From an uncultured Candidatus Saccharibacteria bacterium (GTDB taxonomy: Bacteria > Patescibacteriota > Minisyncoccia > UBA6257 > 02-FULL-45-10c), in assembly GCA_964355085.1 (NCBI GenBank), contig CAYHBW010000004.1:1-47337 (forward strand): a stretch of DNA of 47,337 nt, given 5' to 3'. Below are positions 1 to 8,298 of this stretch, one piece after another. The notes beneath the pieces were generated by a model. The model was not told the DNA's origin. It saw nothing but the letters and a program-made list of their open reading frames with translations, and did no database searches. The position numbers were made by a program, and so were the translations under genes. The first letter of the stretch is position 1. Every line of letters begins with the position of its first letter.

Positions 1-55
1 TCGGTAATCATAGTGTTGCTATTCAGGGTATGGGATTTTCTGTATAAAGTCAATA

Positions 56-84
56 TTGACTTATAATATTATTCATGGTATTAT
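56..84 (+). promoter_or_regulatory. sigma70-like promoter (TTGACT-17 nt-TATTAT) upstream of GC-rich ORF
   Basis: TTGACT at 56-61, 17-nt spacer, TATTAT at 79-84. AGGAGG Shine-Dalgarno at 116-121, 8 nt before ATG 130. Confidence 0.35.
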
Positions 85-129
85 ATTATTCAAGCGTGAA
101 TCTTTGAAATATTTCAGGAGGTGGCTGAG

Positions 130-834
130 ATGGGCAGAAAGAAAGAGAAGGCGAAGAAGGGCGGCGGCGAGGAGGCCAAAAAGAGCTCCGGTCCGAGCGG
201 TTGCGGAGGCCGGGCTCATGTCGCTTCCCAGTGGGGAGAAGAGAAGAGCTTGAAGAACGCAGTCATCCATTGCGGATTCCTCGAAGCGTTCCTCACGGCG
301 CTTGAGGCCGAGGATGCCGGACTTTGCGGGCTGACTTTGTTCAGCAAGCTCGAGACCAGGCATTCGGCCGGTTCTCGTCTCGTGGAGCACGGCCGGGAAC
401 TGGCGAACGGCAAGAAGCAGGGTTCGCCTCACTACCGTTCCGAAACCGTCTGGGAGGACGGTCCGGCGTCCTGGATGGTGAAGGCCAAGGAGGCTTTCAT
501 CAGAAAGGCGGCGGCTGTCGGCCAGCGCGAGCTGATCTTGAATGTCGGCGAGCGCAATAGTCAGTGGGCCATGCTTCCCGGGAACGATGCTTCGGTTCCG
601 TACCGGCGCATGAAGGCGGTCGCGGAAAAGCTCGAGGGACTCGGGTTAGACGGAGCGTCCGCGATGGATACGCTTGAATCCGAGGCGATCGAGGGTAAGC
701 TTCTCTGGCTGTTCCAGTCGATGGAAGCCGAGGATAAGCGGATGAAGACCCAAGACGAGTCCCGGAAGAAAGCGGAGGCGGCGGCTGAAGCGGCCAAGAA
801 GGCGGCGGAGGCGCAAGTCAAAGTCAGGAAGTAG
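130..834 (+). CDS. hypothetical protein with Lys/Glu/Ala-rich termini; compositionally atypical GC-rich ORF
   Basis: Open frame (track ORF 121-834; ATG at 130 follows a strong SD). It is followed by a strong terminator. I recognise no family motif. Confidence 0.55.
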   Translation: MGRKKEKAKKGGGEEAKKSSGPSGCGGRAHVASQWGEEKSLKNAVIHCGFLEAFLTALEAEDAGLCGLTLFSKLETRHSAGSRLVEHGRELANGKKQGSPHYRSETVWEDGPASWMVKAKEAFIRKAAAVGQRELILNVGERNSQWAMLPGNDASVPYRRMKAVAEKLEGLGLDGASAMDTLESEAIEGKLLWLFQSMEAEDKRMKTQDESRKKAEAAAEAAKKAAEAQVKVRK

Positions 835-842
835 GAGGGAAA

Positions 843-882
843 TCCCCGTGCGCATGATGTTTATGCGCACGGGGACTTTTTT
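843..882. terminator. bidirectional rho-independent terminator shared by the GC-rich ORF and uvrB
   Basis: 13-bp stem TCCCCGTGCGCAT (843-855) / ATGCGCACGGGGA (863-875) followed by a T-tract. It lies between convergent genes. Confidence 0.7.
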
Positions 883-2662
883 ATTTATTTGAGAGGCGCG
901 AAAGCTCGTTCTCGGTTATTACTTTATTTATTGCGACTGGAATTTTTCCGGCGCGCTTATTGAATGCTTTCTGGATTTTTTGGCGGCGGGCGGTTTCGTC
1001 GATGACTTTTCGGATTGAATCGGTTATTCTGTCGGCATAAAAAATAACTTTTCCGTCGATGGATCTGGCGGCTCGTCCGGCCATCTGCATCAAGCCGCGG
1101 AAATTCCGGAGAAATCCTTCCCGGTCGGCATCCAGGATCGCCACCAGGCTGACTTCCGGCAGATCCAGTCCTTCGCGGAGAAGATTTATTCCGACTACGA
1201 CATCGACGATTCCTTTGCGGAGATCGTTCAGGATTTCCGGACGCTTCAGGGTTTTTATTTCCGAATGAAGATAGTGCGCCTTGATTCCTTTCGCCAGCAG
1301 GAATTCCGTAAGGTCTTCGGATGATCTTTTTGTCAATGTAAGCGCAAGTACTCGTTCATCGCGCGCTATCCGGATTTTGATTTCTTTCAGTAGATCTTCA
1401 ACCTGCGTATTCACCGGACGTATTTCGATATTCGGATCAAGAATTCCGGTCGGACGGACAAGCTGTTCGGCTACATTCAGTCCGGACTTTTCAAACTCAT
1501 AAGGTCCCGGAGTCGCGGAGACGTAAATAGTCTGCGCGGTGCGGGATTCGAATTCATTGAATTTCAGCGGCCGGTTATCCAAAGCGGACGGCAGGCGGAA
1601 TCCGTAATTGATGAGGTTTGATTTGCGCTGGCGGTCGCCTTCATACATCGCACCTATCTGCGGAATCGCGATATGCGATTCATCGATGAAAAGCAGGCTC
1701 GGCTTCGGAAAATAATCAAGTAACGTCGCAGGCGGTTCGCCCGGCTCGCGGAAAGCGAGATGCCGGGAATAGTTTTCAATGCCGTTCACGTACCCGTTTT
1801 TCTTAAGCATTTCCAGATCGAAAAGAGTCCGTTTTTCAATGCGGTCGGCTTCTTCGAATTTGTTCGCGGACTGGAAATCTTCCACGCGCTCTTCCATTTC
1901 AGTTTTTATGTTCTGAAGGGCGAGTTTGAGTTTCTGCTGCGGCGTGACCCAGAATTTCGCCGGGTAAACGCTTATTTCCTGCCGGGGAATCCCTCCGATC
2001 ATCAGGATTTGGGCTATCTTTCTGTCTGCGAATTCCAGAATCGCCTGTTCTCCGGTAACCAGATTTATGATCAGTCTGTTATTGGTTATTTTATATTGTC
2101 CCTGATCCGGATCTTTGGTGGTTCGTTCATATTGGAGGAAATTAAGATGGCGGGCGACATCAGCCGGATTGATTATCTGGCCGGCCTTCAGATCAAGTCG
2201 GGTCCTCATATATTCTGAAGGATCTCCGATTCCGTAAATGCAGGAAACAGATGCGATGACTATGGTATCTTTTCGGCTAAGGACGCTCTGGATGGCTGCG
2301 TGCCGGAGTTTGTCGATCTCTTTGTTGATGCGCGCGTCTTTCTGGATATAAAGATTCGTGTTTGGCAGATAAGCTTCCGGCTGGTAGTAATCATAATAAG
2401 AAACAAAATAGTGCACGGCGTTTTCCGGAAAGAAAGTCTTGAACTCCTGGTAAAGCTGGGCAGCGAGGATTTTGTTCGGAGAAATTATGAGAGCCGGAAG
2501 ATTCGATTGGGCTATTATCGAAGCCATGGTGAAGGTTTTTCCCGACCCGGTCACGCCCAGAAGAACCTGGTCTTTCTGGCCGGATTGGAGGCCGGATACG
2601 AGTTTTTCAATGGCTAATGGCTGATCGCCTTTAGGACTGAAGTTGGAGATGAGTTTAAACAT
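881..2662 (-). CDS. uvrB: excinuclease ABC subunit B (short form, no C-terminal UVR domain)
   Basis: 593 aa. Walker A GVTGSGKTFT, FIDESH box, GRAARS motif VI. The protein ends about 13 aa after the conserved KIP...INK region, so the usual C-terminal coiled-coil is absent. Confidence 0.93.
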   Translation of the reverse strand: MFKLISNFSPKGDQPLAIEKLVSGLQSGQKDQVLLGVTGSGKTFTMASIIAQSNLPALIISPNKILAAQLYQEFKTFFPENAVHYFVSYYDYYQPEAYLPNTNLYIQKDARINKEIDKLRHAAIQSVLSRKDTIVIASVSCIYGIGDPSEYMRTRLDLKAGQIINPADVARHLNFLQYERTTKDPDQGQYKITNNRLIINLVTGEQAILEFADRKIAQILMIGGIPRQEISVYPAKFWVTPQQKLKLALQNIKTEMEERVEDFQSANKFEEADRIEKRTLFDLEMLKKNGYVNGIENYSRHLAFREPGEPPATLLDYFPKPSLLFIDESHIAIPQIGAMYEGDRQRKSNLINYGFRLPSALDNRPLKFNEFESRTAQTIYVSATPGPYEFEKSGLNVAEQLVRPTGILDPNIEIRPVNTQVEDLLKEIKIRIARDERVLALTLTKRSSEDLTEFLLAKGIKAHYLHSEIKTLKRPEILNDLRKGIVDVVVGINLLREGLDLPEVSLVAILDADREGFLRNFRGLMQMAGRAARSIDGKVIFYADRITDSIRKVIDETARRQKIQKAFNKRAGKIPVAINKVITENELSRLSNK

Positions 2663-2768
2663 GGGTATACTTAAGTTATAAGTTCAAAGTTTTAAAGATT
2701 AAATCAGAATTAAGCAAAAAAAGAAATCTGACTAATCACTAGCTGCTGATCACTAACAACTAAAATTC

Positions 2769-3347
2769 ATGATCCACTCCCTTAAAGGAACCTTGCAGGA
2801 GAAAGAAGGAAATTTGTTTGTGGTTGAAATAGGCGGGATTTCATTTGCCGTGAAGTCATCGGTTAATGTTGTGAATAAATTACCACAAGTCGGACAACCA
2901 GTCAATGTTTTCACTTATCTTCATGTCCGCGAGGATGCGCTCGAGCTTTACGGATTTCTTAATAAGGAAGAGCTCGGATTTTTTCAGATGCTGATCGGCA
3001 TCTCCGGAATTGGACCGAAGTCGGCTCTGGGAATACTCGGGATAGAGAACGTGGAAAAACTGAAAGCCGCAATCAGCGAAGGGCGGGTTGAGCTTCTTAC
3101 TAAAGCTTCCGGCGTCGGCAAAAAAACCGCGGAACGCATAATTCTCGAGCTGCGAAGCAAGCTGATGCAGTCCGGATCGGAGAAGATTGTCGGAGCGATG
3201 GAGTCGGATCATGACATCATCGAGGCGCTTTCTAATCTTGGTTATTCCAAATTCCAGGCCCGTGAAGCATTGGCGAAAATGGATCCGTCCGTAGTCAGGA
3301 TGGAGGAAAGAATCAAAGGGGCGTTAAAATTACTTAAAAATGCGTAA
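2769..3347 (+). CDS. ruvA: Holliday junction DNA helicase subunit RuvA
   Basis: 192 aa. N-terminal OB-like region, two helix-hairpin-helix motifs (GIGPKSA, GVGKKTAERI) and a C-terminal domain III. Confidence 0.9.
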   Translation: MIHSLKGTLQEKEGNLFVVEIGGISFAVKSSVNVVNKLPQVGQPVNVFTYLHVREDALELYGFLNKEELGFFQMLIGISGIGPKSALGILGIENVEKLKAAISEGRVELLTKASGVGKKTAERIILELRSKLMQSGSEKIVGAMESDHDIIEALSNLGYSKFQAREALAKMDPSVVRMEERIKGALKLLKNA

Positions 3348-4575
3348 AGTCTTGAATTCAATGGAACAGATCAAGTCGATCTATCACTTCGGGCTCGCCT
3401 GGTTCGGGAACCTCTGGTTTAAAAAGCCATCCAAGAAAATATTCATCATCGGCGTCACCGGCACCAAAGGAAAATCGACGGTAACCGAGCTTATCAATGC
3501 GATTTTGGAGACCGCCGGGAAGAGGGCTGCTGTCAGCTCTTCCGTGCGGTTCAAGATGGATGGTGAAAGCCGTCCGAATTTCACCGGTATGAGCATGCCG
3601 GGAAGATTTTTCCTTCAGAAATTCCTTGCGGAGGCCGTATCCAAGGGGTGCGATTATGCGGTCATAGAAGTCACTTCGCAGGGAGTTCTTCAGCACCGCC
3701 ATCGCTTCGTGGATTTTGACGCGGCTCTTGTCACGAATCTTGAGCCGGAGCATATCGAAGCGCACGGTTCTTTTGAGAATTACCGGGATTCAAAAGTGAA
3801 GTTTTTCCGGGATGTTTCCCTTTATTCAGCCAAATCCCAGAAATTCTTTTTCATAAATTCTGAAACGCGGGATTACGAATTTTTTTCGGCCGCCGCAGCA
3901 GATTTCGGCCGCATTGTTCTTTTCAATAAAAAAGACATGATCAAGGTGAAGATAAAGACGAAGCTTATCGGAGAATTCAACATGGAAAATATCGCCGCTG
4001 CCGTCGCTTTCGCGCGCTCAAGGAATATAGATTGGGATACCATCCGGCAGGCGGTCGAAGCTTTCGACGGAGTGCCAGGAAGATTGGAATTCGTCCAGAA
4101 GACTCCTTTTTCAGTCGTCATTGATTATGCTCATACGCCGGACTCATTGGAAAAAGTCTATCAGACTCTGAAAGGAAAAGGCGGGAAAGGTGACGGGAAA
4201 AAATTGATCTGCGTTCTGGGCGCCGCCGGCGGAGGAAGAGATATGTGGAAGCGCCCGGTTATGGGAGGCATAGCTGAAAAATATTGCGATTCAATAATTC
4301 TTACGAATGAAGATCCTTTTGATGAAGATCCGCAGGAAATAATCGATGAAATAGAATCCGGAATGATCAATTCTGGTAAAAAGAAAGTCAGGAAGATAAT
4401 CGACCGTCGGGAAGCCATCCGGGCGGCGATTCGTTCCGCAAAAAAAGGAGATTCGGTGATAATCACCGGCAAGGGATCGGAGGCCTATATGAGGGTTGCG
4501 GATGGCAGGCAGATTTCCTGGAACGAAAAAGAGATAACGACGAAGATCCTGAACGGAGAAAGGATTGAGGCATAA
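3340..4575 (+). CDS. Mur ligase family protein (MurE-like, lacks the usual N-terminal domain)
   Basis: P-loop GVTGTKGKST, DYAHTPDSL, GAAGGGRD..KRP, TNEDP..EDP. Overlaps the ruvA end by 8 nt; an alternative ATG lies at 3361. Confidence 0.8.
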   Translation: MRKVLNSMEQIKSIYHFGLAWFGNLWFKKPSKKIFIIGVTGTKGKSTVTELINAILETAGKRAAVSSSVRFKMDGESRPNFTGMSMPGRFFLQKFLAEAVSKGCDYAVIEVTSQGVLQHRHRFVDFDAALVTNLEPEHIEAHGSFENYRDSKVKFFRDVSLYSAKSQKFFFINSETRDYEFFSAAAADFGRIVLFNKKDMIKVKIKTKLIGEFNMENIAAAVAFARSRNIDWDTIRQAVEAFDGVPGRLEFVQKTPFSVVIDYAHTPDSLEKVYQTLKGKGGKGDGKKLICVLGAAGGGRDMWKRPVMGGIAEKYCDSIILTNEDPFDEDPQEIIDEIESGMINSGKKKVRKIIDRREAIRAAIRSAKKGDSVIITGKGSEAYMRVADGRQISWNEKEITTKILNGERIEA

Positions 4576-4578
4576 AAA

Positions 4579-4599
4579 ATCCCGCAACGGGATTTTTTT
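4579..4599 (+). terminator. rho-independent terminator after the Mur ligase gene
   Basis: ATCCCG-CAA-CGGGAT hairpin followed by TTTTTT. Confidence 0.7.
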
Positions 4600-4614
4600 G
4601 CTATAATTCAGATA

Positions 4615-5967
4615 ATGCGGCTTACATTTTACGGTGGCGCCGGCGAGGTGACGGGCGCTAATTACATACTGGAAAGCGGAGATACGAAGATCATGATCGA
4701 TTGCGGTCTTCATCAGGGCGCGCACTTTTGCGAGAAGCATAACTGGGAGCCGTTTCCGTATGATCCGAAAACCGTGAATGCGGTTTTTCTGACGCACGCC
4801 CATATCGATCATTCCGGGCGGTTGCCGAAGCTAATGAAGGACGGTTTTCATGGAACGGTCTATTCAACTCCGCCGACAAGGGATTTCGCCAATGTCCTGC
4901 TTCTGGATTCCGAACACATGCTCATTGAAGCGGCGGAGCGCTTCAAGCTGCCTAATCTGTATGGCGTCCGGGAAATTGAGGAGCTGATGGCGCACTGGAA
5001 GGGCTTGAAATATCATGAGTCGGTTCAGATCGGTCCGTTCAAAGTGACGCTTTATAATTCCGGACACATTCTCGGTTCAACCAGCTATCTTATTGAATGC
5101 GAAGGGAAGAAGATCGTATTTTCCGGCGATCTCGGAAACAGTCCGGCTCCGATAATCGGTCCATACGAGAAATTCAAAGAAGAAGATGTCATCGATTATT
5201 GCGTGATTGAGTCCGCCTATGGCAGTCGTTTTCATGAACCGATTCCGGAAGGAGCGATCGAAGATGCCATCGAGGGGGCGGTCAGGGCCGGCGGCGTTCT
5301 GATGATTCCGGCTTTCGCCATGGAGCGTACCCAGAAACTTCTTTTTGAAATAAACGAGCTGATTGAGAACGGAAGAGTCCCGAGAATTCCGATATATCTG
5401 GACAGTCCGCTGGCTATCAAGGTGACGGAGGTGTATAAAAAATATCCTGAATATTTTGACGCGGGAACAAGGAATCTTCTCAAAAACGACAACACCCTTT
5501 TCGAATTTCCCGGTCTTCATAAGACTTTGACATCTGATGAATCAAGGATGATTAATGATGTTCCGGCTCCGAAAGTCATAATCGCCGGTTCCGGAATGTC
5601 GCAGGGCGGACGCATACTTCACCATGAGAAAAGATATCTTCCTGATCCGAAAAGCACGATTCTTTTCATCGGTTATCAGTCGAGCGGAACGCTGGGGCGC
5701 AGGATTCTGGATGGAGAAAAAAATGTCAGAATTCATCATGAAACCGTTCCCGTACGTTGCCGCAAAGTTCAGATCGAAGGTTATTCCGCCCACGCGGATC
5801 AGGGACAGTTGATGGCCTGGCTTGAGCCGATGAGATTTTCTCTTAAGAAAGTTTTTACCGTTCAAGGCGAGGAAGAGGGAAGTGAAATTTTGGCGAAGCG
5901 GATCATAAACGATCTTGCGGTCAAGGCGGAAGCCCCGGCTGTCGGTTCTGTGTATGATTTGACATAG
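4615..5967 (+). CDS. MBL-fold metallo-hydrolase, beta-CASP RNA-processing nuclease family
   Basis: 450 aa. HAHIDHSG motif, beta-CASP region, C-terminal GYSAHAD. TATAAT at 4602-4607 lies only 7 nt before the ATG. Confidence 0.85.
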   Translation: MRLTFYGGAGEVTGANYILESGDTKIMIDCGLHQGAHFCEKHNWEPFPYDPKTVNAVFLTHAHIDHSGRLPKLMKDGFHGTVYSTPPTRDFANVLLLDSEHMLIEAAERFKLPNLYGVREIEELMAHWKGLKYHESVQIGPFKVTLYNSGHILGSTSYLIECEGKKIVFSGDLGNSPAPIIGPYEKFKEEDVIDYCVIESAYGSRFHEPIPEGAIEDAIEGAVRAGGVLMIPAFAMERTQKLLFEINELIENGRVPRIPIYLDSPLAIKVTEVYKKYPEYFDAGTRNLLKNDNTLFEFPGLHKTLTSDESRMINDVPAPKVIIAGSGMSQGGRILHHEKRYLPDPKSTILFIGYQSSGTLGRRILDGEKNVRIHHETVPVRCRKVQIEGYSAHADQGQLMAWLEPMRFSLKKVFTVQGEEEGSEILAKRIINDLAVKAEAPAVGSVYDLT

Positions 5968-6096
5968 TCATTATTATATGCTATTGTATAAAACAATCGA
6001 GGATCACGAGATCCCGGTGCGTACATTAACAGCGAGCTCCGGTAGTTTTCGGAGGGAGCTGAAACCGCTGACAAGTGGAAAAGGAGGGTGATCCAA

Positions 6097-6657
6097 ATGG
6101 GGAACCTTATCAAAACGCCGTACTCGGAAGTGACCGCGACTCTGGAGATGTTGGCACAGCTCGGGGTCGAGTCGGAACATCTCGACCGCCTGCGTTCCAA
6201 GGGGCAGGAGTGGCGCGCAAAGAAAGTGGCAGAGGCGTTGATTTCTGACGAGCAAGCACTCGTCCCCGTCCCCCTGAAGCACGACAAGACCAAGGACGGC
6301 TGGAAACTTCTTGAACACGTGGAGTTCTACGGCCAACCGTTCGACTTCGACCTCGTCGAGTTCCTGAAACCCGGAGAGTCCTATGTCAACGGCGAAGAGA
6401 TGAAGCAAAGAGCCATAAAGCTCAACGCCCATCTCGGCCAAGGACACGCCGAGTATCTGGAAGCCAACCAGGATCGCATCCCCAAAGAATTCCGAGACAA
6501 GTATTACCTCGTCTTCCCGGGAACGGTCTGGCGGGGCTCTGGCGGCGATCGGTACGTCCCGTGCCTCCGCTGGGACGGTGACCGCTGGTGCTTGCACTTC
6601 GGCTGGCTCAGGGTCGGTTGGGACTCGAACGATCGCCTCGTCTGCCTCCGCAAGTAG
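6097..6657 (+). CDS. hypothetical protein; second GC-rich orphan ORF
   Basis: Track ORF 6088-6657; ATG 6097 lies 9 nt after AAGGAGGG. Trp/Cys/Gly-rich C-terminus (WRGSGGDRYVPCLRWDGDRWCLHFGWL). No family recognised. Confidence 0.55.
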   Translation: MGNLIKTPYSEVTATLEMLAQLGVESEHLDRLRSKGQEWRAKKVAEALISDEQALVPVPLKHDKTKDGWKLLEHVEFYGQPFDFDLVEFLKPGESYVNGEEMKQRAIKLNAHLGQGHAEYLEANQDRIPKEFRDKYYLVFPGTVWRGSGGDRYVPCLRWDGDRWCLHFGWLRVGWDSNDRLVCLRK

Positions 6658-6661
6658 CGGG

Positions 6662-6742
6662 TCCGCCAGCTGGCGGATTGGTCCCTTAGCCCGCCGAAGG
6701 CGGGTAAACACAACGCCCCGACTTCGGTCGGGGCGTTTTCTT
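6662..6742 (+). terminator. array of three GC-rich hairpins, the last a rho-independent terminator
   Basis: TCCGCCAGCTGGCGGA (6662-6677), CCCGCC-GAA-GGCGGG (6690-6704), ACGCCCCGAC-TTCG-GTCGGGGCGT (6713-6736) followed by a T-tract. Confidence 0.65.
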
Positions 6743-6806
6743 TTTTATAAAATTATTTATGATAAATTTAAAAAATTAATCGGTTAAATTATGTTATAAT
6801 CTGAAT

Positions 6807-7409
6807 ATGGCAATGAAATTGAGCAGGCGCGATCAGCTTAAATATAAAATCTGCATTTCCGGCGCTGCGGATACCGGTCATTGCGCTGTTGATGCTCCGG
6901 AAAAAGCGGAAGAATTGGGAAGAGAAATCGCCCGCCGGGGAATGGTTCTGGTAACCGGCGCGACAATTGGTATCCCGTATTGGGCCGCCAAAGGCGCGAA
7001 AGAAGAAGGCGGAATGGTGATTGGTCTTTCTCCGGCTGCTTCCGAAGCCGCTCACATAAAAACATACAAACTTCCGACTGACTATCATGATGTGATCGTT
7101 TATACGGGATTTGAATATTCCGGTAGAAATCTGCTTCTCACCCGATCGGCTGATGCGATCATCAATATCTGCGGAAGAATGGGAACTTTGAATGAATTCA
7201 CAATCGCTTTTGAAGACGGAAAACCTATCGGAGTTCTCGAGGGGACAGGCGGAACGGCCGACGAACTGAAGGGCATAGTCTCCAGGATGCACCGCGGTCC
7301 GGGAAGGGTTGTTTATTCCAAGGACATCAAGGAATTGCTGGATAAAATCGTTTTGGAGATTGAAAAGGATAAAAAGAATCATAACGGAAACAGATATGTG
7401 AAGGGCTAG
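6807..7409 (+). CDS. TIGR00725 / SLOG (LOG-like) Rossmann family protein
   Basis: ICISGAA...GMVLVTGATIGIPYWAAKGA...GGMVIGLSP...GRMGTLNEF pattern. Extended -10 TGTTATAAT ends 6 nt before the ATG. Confidence 0.7.
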   Translation: MAMKLSRRDQLKYKICISGAADTGHCAVDAPEKAEELGREIARRGMVLVTGATIGIPYWAAKGAKEEGGMVIGLSPAASEAAHIKTYKLPTDYHDVIVYTGFEYSGRNLLLTRSADAIINICGRMGTLNEFTIAFEDGKPIGVLEGTGGTADELKGIVSRMHRGPGRVVYSKDIKELLDKIVLEIEKDKKNHNGNRYVKG

Positions 7410-7445
7410 ATTAAAGGTGAAAGTCTATGAAGTCAAAAGTCGCAG

Positions 7446-7507
7446 ATGTCATTCTGAACGCAGTGAAGAATCTAATGAGATCCTTCGATCATACCTCAGG
7501 ATGACAT
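7446..7507. repeat. long imperfect palindrome (hairpin) in intergenic spacer
   Basis: ATGTCATTCTGA (7446-7457) pairs with TCAGGATGACAT (7496-7507). Inner stem GAAGAATCT (7465-7473) / AGATCCTTC (7478-7486), loop AATG. Confidence 0.6.
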
Positions 7508-7538
7508 AAAAAATAATAAAATTAAATTATAAAAAACC

Positions 7539-7838
7539 ATGCTTAAAAAAATATTGCAGGCGCTGGGTCTTTCAAAAAAAACTCCGAGAACCGACAAGCC
7601 GGTCGGAGAAGTCACTCATTATTACGGACATCTCGGCGTGGCGATCGTGAAATTCAATCAGGATATGCCGGTCGGAGCGAACCTGGCTTTCCAGGGAGCG
7701 ACGACTGATTTTGAACAGAATCTTGATTCCATGCAGTTCGATCATAAGCCGGTTCAGAAAGCTCCCAAGGGTAAAGAGATCGGCATCAAAGTGAAGAAAA
7801 AAGTCCGGGAAGGAGATGCGGTTTATTTGAATAAATAA
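7539..7838 (+). CDS. small EF-Tu-domain-2-like beta-barrel protein (translation elongation factor-like)
   Basis: 99 aa. The pattern VTHYYGHLGVAIVKF...G..L.F.G...F.Q...SMQ...PV..A..G.E.GIKV is recalled from the family of small EF-like proteins, from memory only. Confidence 0.5.
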   Translation: MLKKILQALGLSKKTPRTDKPVGEVTHYYGHLGVAIVKFNQDMPVGANLAFQGATTDFEQNLDSMQFDHKPVQKAPKGKEIGIKVKKKVREGDAVYLNK

Positions 7839-7839
7839 A

Positions 7840-8298
7840 ATGATGTCTGAATTTTTTCGTCCTGAAAATACGGAGCTTTTCAAACAGCTTCTCCTGGCTC
7901 TTTTTTTGGGGGCGACCATAGGTATCGAGCGGGAAGTCGCCCATAAATCCGCCGGCATGCGGACGCATGCGCTTGTCGCGCTCGGGTCGGCATTATTCAC
8001 GATAATTTCCCGGTCGCTTACCGGTCCGACTATAGATCCGACCCGTATTGCAGCCCAGATTGTGACTGGAATCGGTTTTCTCGGAGCCGGGATGATCGTA
8101 TTCGATCAGTCGAGAGTCAAAGGACTGACGACCGCTGCCGGAGTCTGGACTGCCGCCGCCATCGGAATGGCAGTCGGATTCGATATGAACGCCCTGGCAG
8201 TTTTCGCCTCGATTCTGACAATCCTGGTTTTCGTGGTCCTTTGGCCGGTTGAAAGGAGGTTTGTGAAAAGATTTTCTTCGCGCGAAGACGGAGAATGA
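7840..8298 (+). CDS. MgtC/SapB family membrane protein
   Basis: GIEREVAHKSAGMRTHALVALGSALF signature and four hydrophobic helices. Confidence 0.8.
   Translation: MMSEFFRPENTELFKQLLLALFLGATIGIEREVAHKSAGMRTHALVALGSALFTIISRSLTGPTIDPTRIAAQIVTGIGFLGAGMIVFDQSRVKGLTTAAGVWTAAAIGMAVGFDMNALAVFASILTILVFVVLWPVERRFVKRFSSREDGE

Noticed and set aside
6004-6711. 235-aa ORF on the minus strand, opposite the GC-rich gene. Similar shadow ORFs occur at 73-432 and 561-821, opposite island 1.
   Set aside because: High-GC sequence lacks stop codons on the antisense strand. The plus-strand ORFs have an SD, an ATG and a terminator in the right places, so the antisense ORFs are treated as shadows.
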